Positions 1 to 13,282 of a stretch of 64,000 nucleotides of DNA are shown piece by piece. Numbering within the stretch: the stretch's first letter is position 1; every line of letters starts with the position of its first letter. Source of the stretch: Lophium mytilinum (lineage: Eukaryota); NCBI GenBank assembly GCA_010093605.1, contig MU004198.1:2726-66725 (forward strand), in the 5' to 3' direction. The notes under the pieces were generated by a model. That model saw only the letters and a list, made by a program, of their open reading frames with translations. It made no database searches and was not told the DNA's origin. Made by a program: the position numbers and the translations under genes.

Positions 1-1521
1 AATATATATATTTAATATTTAAATAGCCTAACCCTTATTAAATTAGCGTCCCTATATAAAATATACGCTAGTAATACTAAATTATATAGAGAACTTTTAG
101 AAACTAACCCTTTTTATTACTACTGTTGTTTACTACTATTGTTTACTACTATTACCTAATAATACCAGTAATAATATTATTACTAGCTACCGTTGTTATT
201 ACGGTTAGAGCCTTACTTTATCTATTTACTAACGCTAGATATAGAAGTCTAATAGATCTACTACTATAGCTTTATATCTTTAATAAAGATAGGGCGGATT
301 CTTTTTAGACTAAGTTACTTAATTGCGTTTATATAGTACTACGCATAAAATAATATATTTTTATTATAGTTAGTGCGGGTATATCTATATCTATAGGTAG
401 TAAGAAAGCTCTTAAAATAAGAGATAATTAAATATCTACTAATTCTACTTAGTTCTAGATTTCTAGTTATTCTTAGGTCTTTTCTAGTATAGCTTAACCT
501 CTTCTATTTTAGGTAAGATACTCTTTTATAAGACTGTCTATAATATTCTAGCTTATACTAAGGCTTTTTATAATATAATTTAGTTACTATACCTTCTATC
601 TAAGGCGGCTTAACCTACTTCTTTTTATTATATACTTGCGTTTTTAGCTTCTTATAGCAGGCTACTCTAACTCTATACCTAGATTATTAATAGCCTTAAG
701 ATCTAGCTTTCTTTTTTTTTCTCTACTATACTATTACTATAAGATAGTTCTTAGCTAATTACTATTTAGCTTTATAGTTTCTTAGATTATATAGTATATA
801 GAAACTATAGTAATATTTTCTATCTAGAGGTAGATCTATTTAAGGGACCTATAAGCCTATTATATAGAAAATATTAAAAGATTAAACTAGCTAGAGTCTC
901 TTAAGAAAAACGCCTATATATAATTAGATAGCTAAGGCCGTAAGTATCTCTCTATAATAGGCTAAATTATAATAAAGAAGCTATTAGATTAGTTACTAAG
1001 GCCGATCTATTAACTGCCCTAGACGCTCTTTTTATTATTAGTACTACTTTTAAGATTACTATATTAAAACTACTTATATATAACTTAGTAGGCGCAGTAT
1101 TTAAATAAGTAGATTATAAGATTATATAGATAAATACTAATAAGGCAGCTCTAAAGAATTATAAGATAGAGTATAAATAGATATTATTAGTAAAAGAAAA
1201 CTATAATAATCTAGCTAGGGCTGTAGTACTTCTAAAGGTTATTAAAAATAGCTTATTAGCGCTAATTATAGAAATAGTATAATAGATTAAAGAAAATTAT
1301 TAGATATAAGAGAGATCTTATATAGATAAGATAGAGCGTAATACTCTAGGTTAGTAGTAGTAGAAAATAGAAAGAATTTATTAAATTAAGAAAATAAAAT
1401 TATAGAGAAAGAAAAGAAAGATATATAATAAAACTTCTAGAGGTAAGAAAGTATCTAAAGAAGATATTTTTATAATTAAACCTTATAATATATTAAGAAA
1501 AAAGAAGAGAGATATACTAAG

Positions 1522-2050
1522 TAGCTTAGCTAGACTCTCTCTTACCTTATTAATATCTCTATTATCTTTAGACTCTCTTTTATCTTATCTATAGCCTTCT
1601 CTATCTTACTAATATCTTTATTATCTTTAGACTCTTTCTTACCTTATTAGCCTCTTCTCTATTTTACTAATATCTCTATTATCTTTAGACTCTCTCTTAC
1701 CTTACTAATATTTCTATTATCTTTATACTCTCTTCTACCTTTTTAATATTATTTTACTCTCTATTCTCTTTATAATATATCTTAAATAGAGTCTAAAGAT
1801 AATAGAGATATTAATAAGATAGAGAAGAGACTAAAGAGGTAAGAAAGAGTCTAAAGATAATAAAGACGTTAGTAAGGTAGAGAAGAGGCTAATAAGGTAA
1901 AAGAGAGTCTAAAGATAATAGAAATATTAGTAAGATAGAGAAGAAGCTAAAGAGGTAAGAGAGAGTCTAAAGATAATAGAGATATTAGTAAAATAGGGGA
2001 GAGTTTAAAGATAATAGAGATATTAGTAAAGTAAGAAAAAGTCTAGCTTA
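1522..2050. repeat. Foldback (inverted) array of ~35-60 bp tandem units
   Basis: Left arm repeats TTACTAATATCTCTATTATCTTTAGACTCTCT (~1530-1740). Right arm repeats its reverse complement AGAGAGTCTAAAGATAATAGAGATATTAGTAA (~1787-2040). Confidence 0.85.
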
Positions 2051-2109
2051 TAATAATAGATCTTAAAGAGAGTCTAAAGAGAATATAAAAGCTAAAGATT
2101 ATAATATAA

Positions 2110-2530
2110 TTTAAAGAGGAGTCTAAAGAAAAACATTATAGTATATTAATATACTAAAATATTATAGTTCTAGTATATAGCTACGTCTTAAATATTATTC
2201 TAGTATATTTATATACTAAAATATTATAGTTCTAGTATATAGCTACATTCTAAAGATTATTCTAGTATATTAATATACTTAAATCTATAGTATAGTATAA
2301 AGAGATTAAAACGTAATTTAAAAAAGAGTCTAAAGAAAAATATTATAGTATATTAATATACTAAAATATTATAGTTCTAGTATATAGCTATATCTTAAAG
2401 ATTATTCTAGTATATTATTATACTTAAATCTATAGTATAGTATAAAGGGGTTAAAATATAATTTAAAGAGAAGTCTAAAGAAAAATATTATAGCATATTA
2501 ATATGCTAAAATATTATTATTCTAGCGTTT
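2110..2530. repeat. Imperfect direct repeats within the RIP block
   Basis: AGTCTAAAGAAAAAYATTATAGYATATTAATATRCTAAAATATTAT recurs at ~2120, ~2327 and ~2472. Confidence 0.8.
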
Positions 2531-3056
2531 TAATATTTCTTTAGATATCTAAAATATAAGGTAGTAAATAATTTCTACTTCTTTATAAAAAGCTTAGAAT
2601 ATGCTAGCAGTACTTTATAGAGTAGTTATTTTAAAAAAAAAAAGAAAAATATTAGTAATATCTCTAAACCTAAGTCTAAGTATTATAGTAGAATTCTCTA
2701 AAGGCTTTTAAGATATAATTAGTTATTAAAAGGGCGTAGGCGCAGGGTAGATAGAATAAGGGGCTCTAATATTTATACTAGAAAGACCTCTAGAGTTTTT
2801 AAAGATAATTAGAAATAGATCTAGAATAGAAGTAGAAGTAGGCTTACTAGCCTTTTTTACTATAGCTATTTAGTCTATAGCCTTCTTTTTTTTATCTCTT
2901 TTATATTAGTTTAAATCTACTATTAAATATAATTTAGCTACTTTTTACTCTTTTTTATTCTAGTACTTTTAGGGGCGTTTTATACTAACTACTAGGTATA
3001 GTAGTAAGAAGAATAATAGTTTAAAATATAGAGCTAAGAAGTAGAAAGTAGTTAGA

Positions 3057-3730
3057 NNNNNNNNNNNNNNNNNNNNNNNNNNNNNNNNNNNNNNNNNNNN
3101 NNNNNNNNNNNNNNNNNNNNNNNNNNNNNNNNNNNNNNNNNNNNNNNNNNNNNNNNNNNNNNNNNNNNNNNNNNNNNNNNNNNNNNNNNNNNNNNNNNNN
3201 NNNNNNNNNNNNNNNNNNNNNNNNNNNNNNNNNNNNNNNNNNNNNNNNNNNNNNNNNNNNNNNNNNNNNNNNNNNNNNNNNNNNNNNNNNNNNNNNNNNN
3301 NNNNNNNNNNNNNNNNNNNNNNNNNNNNNNNNNNNNNNNNNNNNNNNNNNNNNNNNNNNNNNNNNNNNNNNNNNNNNNNNNNNNNNNNNNNNNNNNNNNN
3401 NNNNNNNNNNNNNNNNNNNNNNNNNNNNNNNNNNNNNNNNNNNNNNNNNNNNNNNNNNNNNNNNNNNNNNNNNNNNNNNNNNNNNNNNNNNNNNNNNNNN
3501 NNNNNNNNNNNNNNNNNNNNNNNNNNNNNNNNNNNNNNNNNNNNNNNNNNNNNNNNNNNNNNNNNNNNNNNNNNNNNNNNNNNNNNNNNNNNNNNNNNNN
3601 NNNNNNNNNNNNNNNNNNNNNNNNNNNNNNNNNNNNNNNNNNNNNNNNNNNNNNNNNNNNNNNNNNNNNNNNNNNNNNNNNNNNNNNNNNNNNNNNNNNN
3701 NNNNNNNNNNNNNNNNNNNNNNNNNNNNNN
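3057..3730. other. Assembly gap
   Basis: Run of N. Confidence 1.
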
Positions 3731-4577
3731 CTAATTCTTAAGTATAAGGCTATTCTTATACTAAACCCTTTAAGTAATTTCTATTCTATACTTATATACT
3801 CTATAGCCTCTCTATATCTACCTTAAGCTACTACTATAGCTTATAAATTAAATTAAAGTTAATAGAATGCTATTATATTATATTTTAAGTATTATTCTTT
3901 ATATATATACTCTATTTTATATTATAGTAGTTAAATATAGTAGTATAAGGTTATACTATATATAATACTTAAAAGTTAATTTTCTTTATATTAAACTTAC
4001 TTCTCTCTATATAACTCTAACCCTCTAGCCTCTATAATAAAAGTAATTAAGGACGCTAGTAGATCTATTACTATTAATAATCTATTACTATTAATAAGGT
4101 TTCTAATTATATTATAGAGGTAGGTAAAAGGTAAATAGAAATAAACTAGATACTATTAGATATTTTAAATATAACTTCTAGTAGGAAATAAAAAACTAGC
4201 TACCTATACTAAAGTTAACTAATTATACTAAAATATACGCCTTATTAGGGGGTATTTACCTAATATCTAGAGAATTATAACTATTACTTATAATTTTACT
4301 ACCCTTACTAATATAACTATAATTCTTTAAAGTAACTAAACTAAACTATAGTCTATAGTTAGTCTTATATATAAATATATAGTATAAGAAATAGTAATTA
4401 TTACTACTAATAAGTAGATTAAGAAGATAGCTATATAAGTATAGAACCTTACTATAGAGTATAGAGTAGTTTAGTTAATTATTTAAAACTTTTAGAAATA
4501 TATACTAGTAACTTCTAGCTACCTCTAATAAGGTAGATATAGTAGCTAGTAATATAGCTAAGTTAATTAATAGTATC

Positions 4578-4870
4578 TAGAAGATTATCTCTAAGATATC
4601 TACTCTTAAAACCTATATACTACTATTAAAGTGCGCGCTTACTACTACTAATAATATTAATAGAGTATCTAAAATAGTTACTCTCTTTAACTAAAGTCTC
4701 TAGAAGATTATCTTTAAAGTATCTACTACTAAAATCTATATACTATACTTAATAGGCGTAATTACTACTATAAATAATATAGAAAGCGTATCTAATAAGG
4801 TTACTACTCTAGATAAGAGCCTTTAAGAGATAGTCTTTAAGATATCTACTATTAAAACTATATTATAGAT
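4578..4870 (+). repeat. Three degenerate tandem repeats of 123 bp (41 codons), probably RIP-mutated coding repeats
   Basis: Related units starting TAGAAGATTATCT/TAAGAGATAGTCT..ATCTACT..TAAAA begin at 4578, 4701 and 4824, an exact 123-bp period. Confidence 0.7.
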
Positions 4871-5400
4871 AATACTTCTTAAAAAATTATTCTTAGTAGT
4901 CTTAATAAAGAATACTAGCTATAGGCTAATTTTATATAATAGTATTAATTTTATACTAGAATATAAGTTTATACTTTATAATAATATAACTCTATTCTTC
5001 TAGTTAGTATCTTTTTAAGATAGTATAGATTTAGAAGAACTACTCTCTTACTCTATAGTACTACTTATATATACTAGATCTACTTTTATCTAATATAAAC
5101 TATTTTTAGTACTATAAAGAAGCTTATTTTATATATACTCTTAATAAATAAACTAATTCTATTAGTTCTATTTATAGAATAAATAGCCTATATTCTAAGT
5201 ATATTTTTTTAATTATAAGTTAATTAGATAGTTATATAGAGAAGGTAATATCTAAGTCTAACTATTACTAGAAGCTAAATATAGATAAAGTAAAGTATTT
5301 ACTTAACTATAGATAGACTTCTATAATTCTTATTAAAAGTTCTCTAATAGTAGAAGTATAATTAAAGATAGATATTATTCTAGTAAATAAGGTATACTAT

Positions 5401-7167
5401 CTATATATTACTATATTATATATCTAGTTAAATAGCTAAGAAAACCTAAATAAGAACTAGATAACCTAGTACTAACTAGGGGAAATTATAAAGTATATAT
5501 TCTAGGTATAGTAATAGATAAGCCTTAGTTACTTAGTTATATTTTTAATTAATATAATCTATATTTTCCTTAGACCTAAAAATACGCGTAAAAAAAGTAT
5601 ATTATTAATGTAATAAGTCTATTAAGAAGTAAACGCTACTCTTATACTTAATAGAAGCCTAGAAAAGCTTTATACTAAAACCTTATACCTAGAACTTTTA
5701 GTATATCTTATTTTAAGCCTATAGGCTAGGAGACTTTAGACTCTTTAAGAGGGTGTTCTTGCTCGCCGCCTTTTTATTTAGATTAGAGTGGGGCAGCCAT
5801 TAGACGTCGCAAACCTACTCGCTGCACGTTCTCTAGCTAAATTAGGGAGTTCGGCAGCTCTTTACATGCAATTAAAGCCGAATTTGCCAATCCTCTAGGG
5901 GAGTGTCGAACGAAGCCTGTTGGACTTCTCGAGAGTCGGCCGTTTGAAAAGTCGCAGATGGATCAAGGGCGACAGCAAACGTGAACTGGAAACGGCCCAA
6001 GAACGTATAGCAAGACTCGTCAGTATTGCGCGTTCAGATGGGGACACGCTGAAGAAAATACTAGAAGCGAGCACTTGGCAACAAGTCCAGAGTATGGGAG
6101 AGAACGTTCTCGGCTACGGTGAGATCAATGATTCCGATGTGAAACGGATCATTGCGGAATTTGAGGCCTACGGGTATAAATAACTTGCTGTCGGCCACAT
6201 GAGCGAAGAGAAGAGTCGACTCCTAACTCCTCTGGGGCGCGCACAGACTTTCATGAGCCTCTGGTCAGCAGTCTCTTGGAGGTTAACTTCTAAAATGGAA
6301 GACGAAGCGGTTTGCATCGGAGCCCTTCTAGACACAGATATTGGGGGCATCATTTCTAGATCCGAGGGAGTCTCAGGCAAAGATCTTGCCATTACTCGGT
6401 TCCGCCTTCTCTTGCAACAAATGGGAGACCTGCCGTCCTATGTTCTCTTCGCCAACGTGGCTCGTATGACAGAACGAGGGTTTCGTTGGGCCCCAACAAG
6501 CGCTATGAGGGGGGGCGAGACTGATAGCGACGCTGTAACCAATAGTCCTTCCATAGGTAGAGTGACCGAAGAAGGTGTCAGACTCAGGTCGGGCGGCTTC
6601 GTCTTTCCTACGGACTGGGAGAAAAAGGGGGGGTCTGATTTTGGGTAGTATTTCAAACCAGCTGAAACCTCGCGCAGCAGTGGCTTCACGTTTCATGTTG
6701 AGAAGGATGGGCCATCGGATTATTGGAACTACGGCTCAGAGGAAAGGTGGTCGATCAATAGGATGAAGATGGCCGCTTTGGAACACGACCTTCAAACCGA
6801 GTCCGGACGTCGTCAATTGGCACTCATATTCAGGTATCCTGTGTCAAGGCTAACAGGGGAACAGGAAGCCAAGCCGAACTATGATGGTATTATACCAGTA
6901 GCGCTTGTGATTGTGGAGGCATTTGGACCGCGTTCAGACGAAGAAGAAGAAAAGAAGGGAAAAGCACGTCAGGAAGGAGAAGAAGCCGAGGATGGCGAGC
7001 TAGTCATTACGGCCAAGTACCTGCATACGGGAAAATTAAAGTGCTGCCGTGATTCAGTTAATCGACCTTGCGGAGATGAAAATTAAGCAGAACCTAGAGA
7101 ACATGTAATAGAGAGCGTTCAGGGTATATTAGAAGTGCCGGAAGAGCAGCTGTGGTGCATCAGCTAG
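5401..7167 (+). pseudogene. HET (heterokaryon incompatibility) domain gene inactivated by RIP; 5' start not defined
   Basis: One indel-free frame. Reversing C>T/G>A changes gives PYVAISHVWSDG.GNP (5401), MQQVYQEANATLVLDRSL (5608) and RLWTLQEGVLARRL (5731). The intact part has RLTSKMEDEAVCIGALL, GFRWAP and a QLWCIS* end. In-frame TAG/TAA stops at 5896, 6181, 6646 and 7084. Confidence 0.85.
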
Positions 7168-7264
7168 ACCGTTTCGTCAAACGTTCAATCTCGTTATTTG
7201 CTCTCACTTCGTGTTGCAGTAGCATGTAGTAGAGACTAGAGAAGACGGCAGTATAAAGGGAGCC

Positions 7265-9056
7265 CTAAGCTCTTTGTGTCAACTTCACATGTAATTCCGC
7301 CTTCTCCCACAAAATGAAAATCTTGTTCCGGTCCATCCAGTCCTGATCTTCCGGCAAAAGTTCGAGATCAAAGTTCCAAAGCAATTTGGCCATAATGAGG
7401 CGCATCTCTGCCCACGCTAAACTGTTCAATATGTCAGCATCACGATGTCCTCCCTCTACCCAGAAAGAACGAGGGCTTACTTCTTCCCTAGACAGTTTCT
7501 AGGTCCATAAGAGAACGCCTGTGCCGCTTTCTTATGATCCCCGTCATACTTCGGATCGCCCAACCACCGCTCGGGCATGAAAGAATCCGGATCCCGCCAC
7601 ATGCGCTTGGAGTGATGCGCTGCCCAGGCTGTGACGCCTACCTCCGTCTTCATGAGTAGACGAGTCAGCCATGTAATACAAAAGTCAGGTCATTGTGGAT
7701 AGCTTACACCCTCAGGAACAAAGCGGCCGCATACGACCTCTCCTGCTTTCGGCGCAATCCGCGGGAGCGCAGTTGGTGCTGGTGGAAACATGCGCAGACC
7801 TTCTTCGATGCAAGCGTTCAGATACTTCAGCTGGCCGACGGAGACGATGGACATGTCTTCGCTTGATTTGAAGGTGGTGCGGATCTCGTTCTTTAGGATT
7901 TCGTAGACTTCCGGGCGTTGCAGCATGAAATACGTCATTCCTGTAAGCACTGTAGCCGTCTAATCATGGACGGTGTGAGTACAGTACTTTCTTGAAAGTG
8001 GAAACAGAAGCAACCTACCGTCTCACTACCCGCCAGCACCAAAATCAGCGTACTCTCATTCAGCTCATCGGCCGACATCCCCTTCTCCCCCTTCTCTCTC
8101 AAGATATAGGACATGAAATCCTTCCGATCCGTTTGCATCCTTACCCGCTCCTGCGCCTTATCTGCACTCCACTTCGCATGATTAGTCCTCACATCTTTTA
8201 AGCTCTGCGGAATCAGCATCTCCAGCAGCTTCTCAATGACTGGGAAGATGCGCGTCAAACGCATGAACTCCATCATTTTGATATAATCGAACGTGACCGC
8301 TATCCAAGGATGCAGCTTCCCGGACTCAATGCAACCGAATGGATGCGCGAAAGCAAGATCGCCGATAAGATCAAAGGTCGTAAAGTTGAACCACATGGAG
8401 ATGGGGACGACGCCTTTCGCGGAGCCGGATACTTGCTTCTGGAGACCGCTGATGAAGCTGGTAACGTACTGGAGGAGGAAGGGCTCTTGTTCTGCGAGAG
8501 CTTTTTCGGAAAAGGCATGAGATTGGAGCTTGCGGAGGCGGCGATGGTCCATTTCGTTGGCCATGATGCTGTTTCAATATCAGTGATCAACGAGCGTCCT
8601 GGATGAGTAGATCGAGAGCGGCATTACATGTTTGGAGCTCCAGATGGAGTGGGGCCATAGAATGAGTAGTCTTTCTCGAAGGTCTTGGTGTGTTTTGCCT
8701 TGATATGCCCGTAAATATCCTCCCAAGCCTGGTCGCTATCATACGAAAGGTAATTTGGCGAAACCCGAACCACTTCGCCGTACTTGTCGTGAAGCTCTTT
8801 GATAGCATATGGAAGTCTCCCTTTGAGAGCATGGATAGCGGATGGGACGAAGCATGAAGCCCATAGTTTCGGGCCAGGGTAGGATCGCAAGGGGTGGAAG
8901 AAGACGTTGTAGATGCAATAGGTGACGGTATAGAGCATGGCCTAGATTCAGTATGAATATCAAGTATTAGCCGTCAATGGACTTGGTGCGGCGAATATGG
9001 CTTCCTACCGCGCCAATGCTCAACGCAAGAATGTTCGCGTACTGCGCCCAATGCAT
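7265..9056 (-). CDS. Cytochrome P450, CYP65/Tri11-like; multi-exon
   Basis: MHWAQYANILALSIGA|AMLY.. then FHPLRSYPGP, I-helix LAGSET, EGLR, PERW and heme motif FSYGPRNCLG. GT-AG introns join the ORF pieces. Confidence 0.92.
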
Positions 9057-9826
9057 CGTGACGCCGCGTTGCTAAAGAGAATATGTACAAAGATTGATAG
9101 TTGAGGACGAAAGTGTGAGTATAACAAGGTTCGCTCGCAGTCAAACAATTTACAGCTGTCGACATCCAGAGCGGACTAGTCGCGGAGGTGCGTTTGCGGG
9201 GGTGGTGGACAGTAATGCAGGGACAGTCACCCAATGGAAGCGCTTCCAAAGTTGTCAGTCTTGGAGAGTAAGTAGGTTAAGTGGAGCCACCACTGAAGAG
9301 CTTCGGAATCAGGTGGACCAAGCTGCAATCCGACTGGATGAATGACGCTGGTTATTATCACTAGAGTGAGACGGCTGCACGTGACCGAAACATTTAAATT
9401 CCGCGTGTGGGGCCAGATTTCCACTGGCCAATCAGAATCAGTCTCAGTTCCGGCAGTGAAAACCTTAAGGAGGCAATCGCCCACATCTATCAACTTTAGA
9501 ACCACCATTCGCGCGTTTCCGAAAGTTCCCAGCAGCACGGCTGCTCTCTAGTGATTACATCGGCGTCAGGGCTGAAAGTATAAGTCAAGCAACTAAAACA
9601 ACTAGTAATTCAGTAAATGAGACGATGGTTTACAGCAAAATCATTAGCTATCGAGGAATGCATCAATGTGTAAAAAGCACGGTGGGACGACTATATCAGT
9701 TTTCAAGTCTTTATTTCACATTTGGCGCCATATGCACACCTTTCAAGTAATGACCAGTCTAGTAATTCACTCGCGGGAGGAAGGAATACGAAGTAGGGAG
9801 GCTGGCAAAGACGACAAATATCCGTT

Positions 9827-11248
9827 TCAGCGTCCATGTTCACTTTCCCACTCCTCCATCTCCACTACTCCTAGCTTCTCCGTTTCCTCGGTCTCTATAG
9901 CAAGATAATCGATGAGGTGAGTGATATCCTCCCTTCTCCGGCGCTTTCCACGTTCCCAAGCGTCAACCCATTCCTCCGGATCCGCCCCCACACCGTCTTT
10001 CCAGTGCCCAACGCGCCCCAGATCTATGATTCGGAAGCTGGGATGTTCCATAGAACGATGACAGAGTGGTTGTGATAACGGGCCAGGTTGAACAACGATA
10101 TTGCGCGGATATGATGAATTATGAGCGAATCCCAGGGTATGTAGCCGGTCATAGAGCTTCCGGATCCCGTCACTAATCAAGTAAGCATGATAATCCGGAA
10201 AGAAGAGCACGCGAGAAACAAAGGGGAAAAGGACTTACATCCAGTCCGGTTGTACTCCTTCCCAGACGTGACTAAATGGATCTCCCAGTCGCCGACCGCA
10301 ATCCTCCATGAGAAGACTTCCACATTTCTGCTTCTCGCATAAAGCAGGCAGCTCCTTCAAGCTAGCTTTTTCCAGCTCCTCAGCGGTCACATTCCCTTCC
10401 CACTCATAATATCCGTAGAACGTTGGCACAATAGGCTCTATGCGCACCATCCGCTCTTCACCATCTCCATCCTTCTCTTTCTTTCTTTGCTTCTTCCCTC
10501 TACCCTTCACTTTCTTCAAACCCCCCATCAACGTCCGATACATCCCTTTCGTCAGCTTCGTATACGTCTTTGCTTCCTCCCTCAACATCTCACAAGCATC
10601 CTCCCAGTCGGAGTCATCCTCCGTGCCATCCACCTCATCGCTTTCGGCCTCCGGGTAGTTCACATGCCCCAGCTTCGCCATCACCGTGACCGCAGCACCT
10701 GGCCCGGCGAGCCGCTCCGGAAGGACGAGCGGCGCGCGGTACACCGCAGCATGCGACCCCATACCGGCAAGGTTGAGAAAGTTGATAGTGAGCCATGCGA
10801 CGCCAGACTCCGGTACCGCATCCTCTTTTGCAAGGGGCGGGTACACCCGCACATATCGTAGCAGGTTCGCGGGCTCTTCTGATCGCGATTTGGCAATGTG
10901 GTGCGTGATTCGTGCCTTGTTCGCAAGACAGGCTACGTGCTGGCTTGGCAGTACTTCGTCGTACAGCTGGGAATTACCGGTGTAGAACATGTGCCGTACG
11001 GAGGTGCATGTGTGCGGATCAGAGACTATGAGGGTGGTTGGTAGTTGCCGATTGCGTAGGAAGTCTTCGAATTTGGGGGGTAATGCGGACTTCATTCCGC
11101 CGGTTCGTAAGTATCGACTATGTCGTAGAAGCAGAAAAAACTTGGGAGCGAGATAGGGAGGGTTTAGTCCGATTTGTAGGCCCAACGTCCAACGAAGAAA
11201 GAAACCGATTTACTTCTTATTGGACTGTCTCGGGGTCTCGTTTGACAT
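9827..11248 (-). CDS. Protein-kinase-like protein lacking catalytic Asp (paralog A)
   Basis: GMGSHAAVY Gly-loop, VMAK, FYGYY, LLMEDCG, HNSSYPRN, IIDLGR. Intron 10172-10238. A probable short first exon (11214-11248) splices in frame via intron 11119-11213. Confidence 0.8.
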
Positions 11249-11634
11249 CCGTTTGTTACCATGTGGGATGCGCTTATGATCTTCCCGGAACACGAACATA
11301 ACGCAAAAGACGATGCAGTAGAAATCAGCTGGTTCTCAATGAGCGCGAGCGACAGTCATGGCGCCGGTAGAAAGGTATTGATTAACAAAAAGATAAAAGT
11401 ACAGCTTTGAAAGAGAAATGGCAAGATATTGGCTGAATGCGACCATGCATACTCCGATACTCTATCTTGTCTCATAGAACCGTCACGAATATGTACAAAG
11501 AAAAATGGACGAGTGAGTTCGGCCAGTCGCTCGCACATCAAGCGGGTAGTGCCCAATCTGCGGGAGGTATCCGTAGGGCTCTCAAGCAGATTCCAAGAAA
11601 GAAGCCCGAGTGCAGTGATCCTAAGATCGCAACA

Positions 11635-13282
11635 TCAAGGTACTACATCTACATCCCCGACAACTGCCCAATCGGACCCGTCTAATCTGACTTCTCTCAA
11701 CGCACCACCGGCCTGAAAGTAGCATCTACTTAGTGGACTGTCCGCCTCCAGCGGGGCATATGTGAAAAATGATGCTTGGGTCATGCATGCAATATTGGTG
11801 CCGTTGTCGGCATTCTCAAATGCTGGAAATGTAGAGGGACCCATCCAACTTGAATTGTCATCTTTCCATATAACTTGAATGGTGCCGTCACCATCCTGGT
11901 AAAGGATGTATGTGTTCAACGCGGTGTTGGACGACGAGGGGCGGACCACAGAGAGAGCAGCGATGGAGGCAGTTGTAGGAAGGGAGACACTGAAAGCGGA
12001 GGCTGCGTTGCGTCAGCTTCAAAGTGCTCATTCAATAATGCGAAGGAGATATACCGGCGTTGAACGATCCTGATGTTGTGTTGCGGGCTAAACTCATCAT
12101 CTTGTGATCGTCTCGCTCGTAGATCAAGTTCATCTCCTGCAGGTTTTGCTCGTCGGGGAAGAAGGCAATGTTGCTGCCATCTGCAGCAGATACGTTCAAG
12201 GAACGGTTGCTCCAGCATCCAGGGTACGTGCAGTCGTAGACGATCTCGTGAAGGTTCAATCCAGCGTCTTGGTAGATGATGAAAGGCCAATACGATGCCA
12301 GATGCGAGTCAGAGCCTGTAGCGACTGTATAAGCGGTTAAACTACCCCTGTTTCCTGATATGTCTGTGGAATCCCAGTTCCATTCGCTGATTTGATCTTG
12401 CTATTCTTTTAGTGATCGGTTTTCATGGTGAAGGAGAGAATGACTCACTCTTCGCGTCCAGATAGAAAAGCTCCTGTTGCATAACCTAATGTTGAAAATA
12501 TTAGGATTTGACAACTCGTAATAGCTCGATTTATATTTATACATACCGACTCATCATTCCCATACCATTTCTTGTCAAACGAGGTAAACGCAAATGGCGT
12601 CCCAGCCTTTGCTTTCGTAATGTTCGAAGTCTGTTTCCAGGCGTTGTTAGTGGATTCAAACGCCGAATACTGAATCATATTATCGTCGCTTTGGAAGATG
12701 GTGCGGATAGAATAATAATTGCCGGTGACCCATCCTGTGACTGCAAGCGGTGAGTTTTCTCGAATACCACGGGGTCTTGTCGTGGGCGATGAAGTCGCAG
12801 TTGGCGAGGACGACGATGTAGCCGTAGGAGATGCCGTGGCGGATGGGGCGCTTGCTGCTTGGTTGTTCTTCTTCTTTACGTGATGAAGAGTCGCGCCGAG
12901 AGCGCCTCCAATGACCGCGACGATGATGATGAGAACCACGAGAGCAATTATAGTCAGAACTTTCCGCTTCGACCGTAATGATGACTTTGCTGCCGGTGCT
13001 ATTGCTTCTTTGCCGTTCTGGGAGTACTGCGGCGGATATTGCGGCGGATATTGCGGCGGATTCTGTGGTGTCTGTGGCGGGTGCGGCGCGAGATGAACTT
13101 GCTCTTCATAATGGCTCGCCCATTTCTGGTCCTGCCCCGATACAACCTCGAGGCCAGCCTGAGGATAATAGACCTCCAGACCGTCCTGTCCTTTGGTATC
13201 TTGGTATTTCTAGGACGCCGTTAGCGGTCGTGATCGACGTGGGGAATAGCGGCCAGGCGGTAGTCAAACTAACGTCGTTCAT
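11635..13282 (-). CDS. Type II membrane protein with fungal fucose-specific-lectin-like beta-propeller; multi-exon
   Basis: Spliced MND|KYQ..GLEV..GLEVV, PPQY repeats, TM helix LTIIALVVLIIIVAVIGGALG, Ser/Thr linker, then ENSPLAVTGW..SIRTIFQ, YILYQD..W and RCYFQAGGALREV..W blades. Confidence 0.8.

Larger units (their letters stand above)
1..3056. mobile_element. RIP-degraded AT-rich repeat/transposon relic, class undetermined
   Basis: Very AT-rich, TpA-saturated and CpA/TpG-depleted. No ORFs in the track. Contains inverted and tandem repeat arrays. No transposase motif could be recovered with confidence. Confidence 0.6.
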
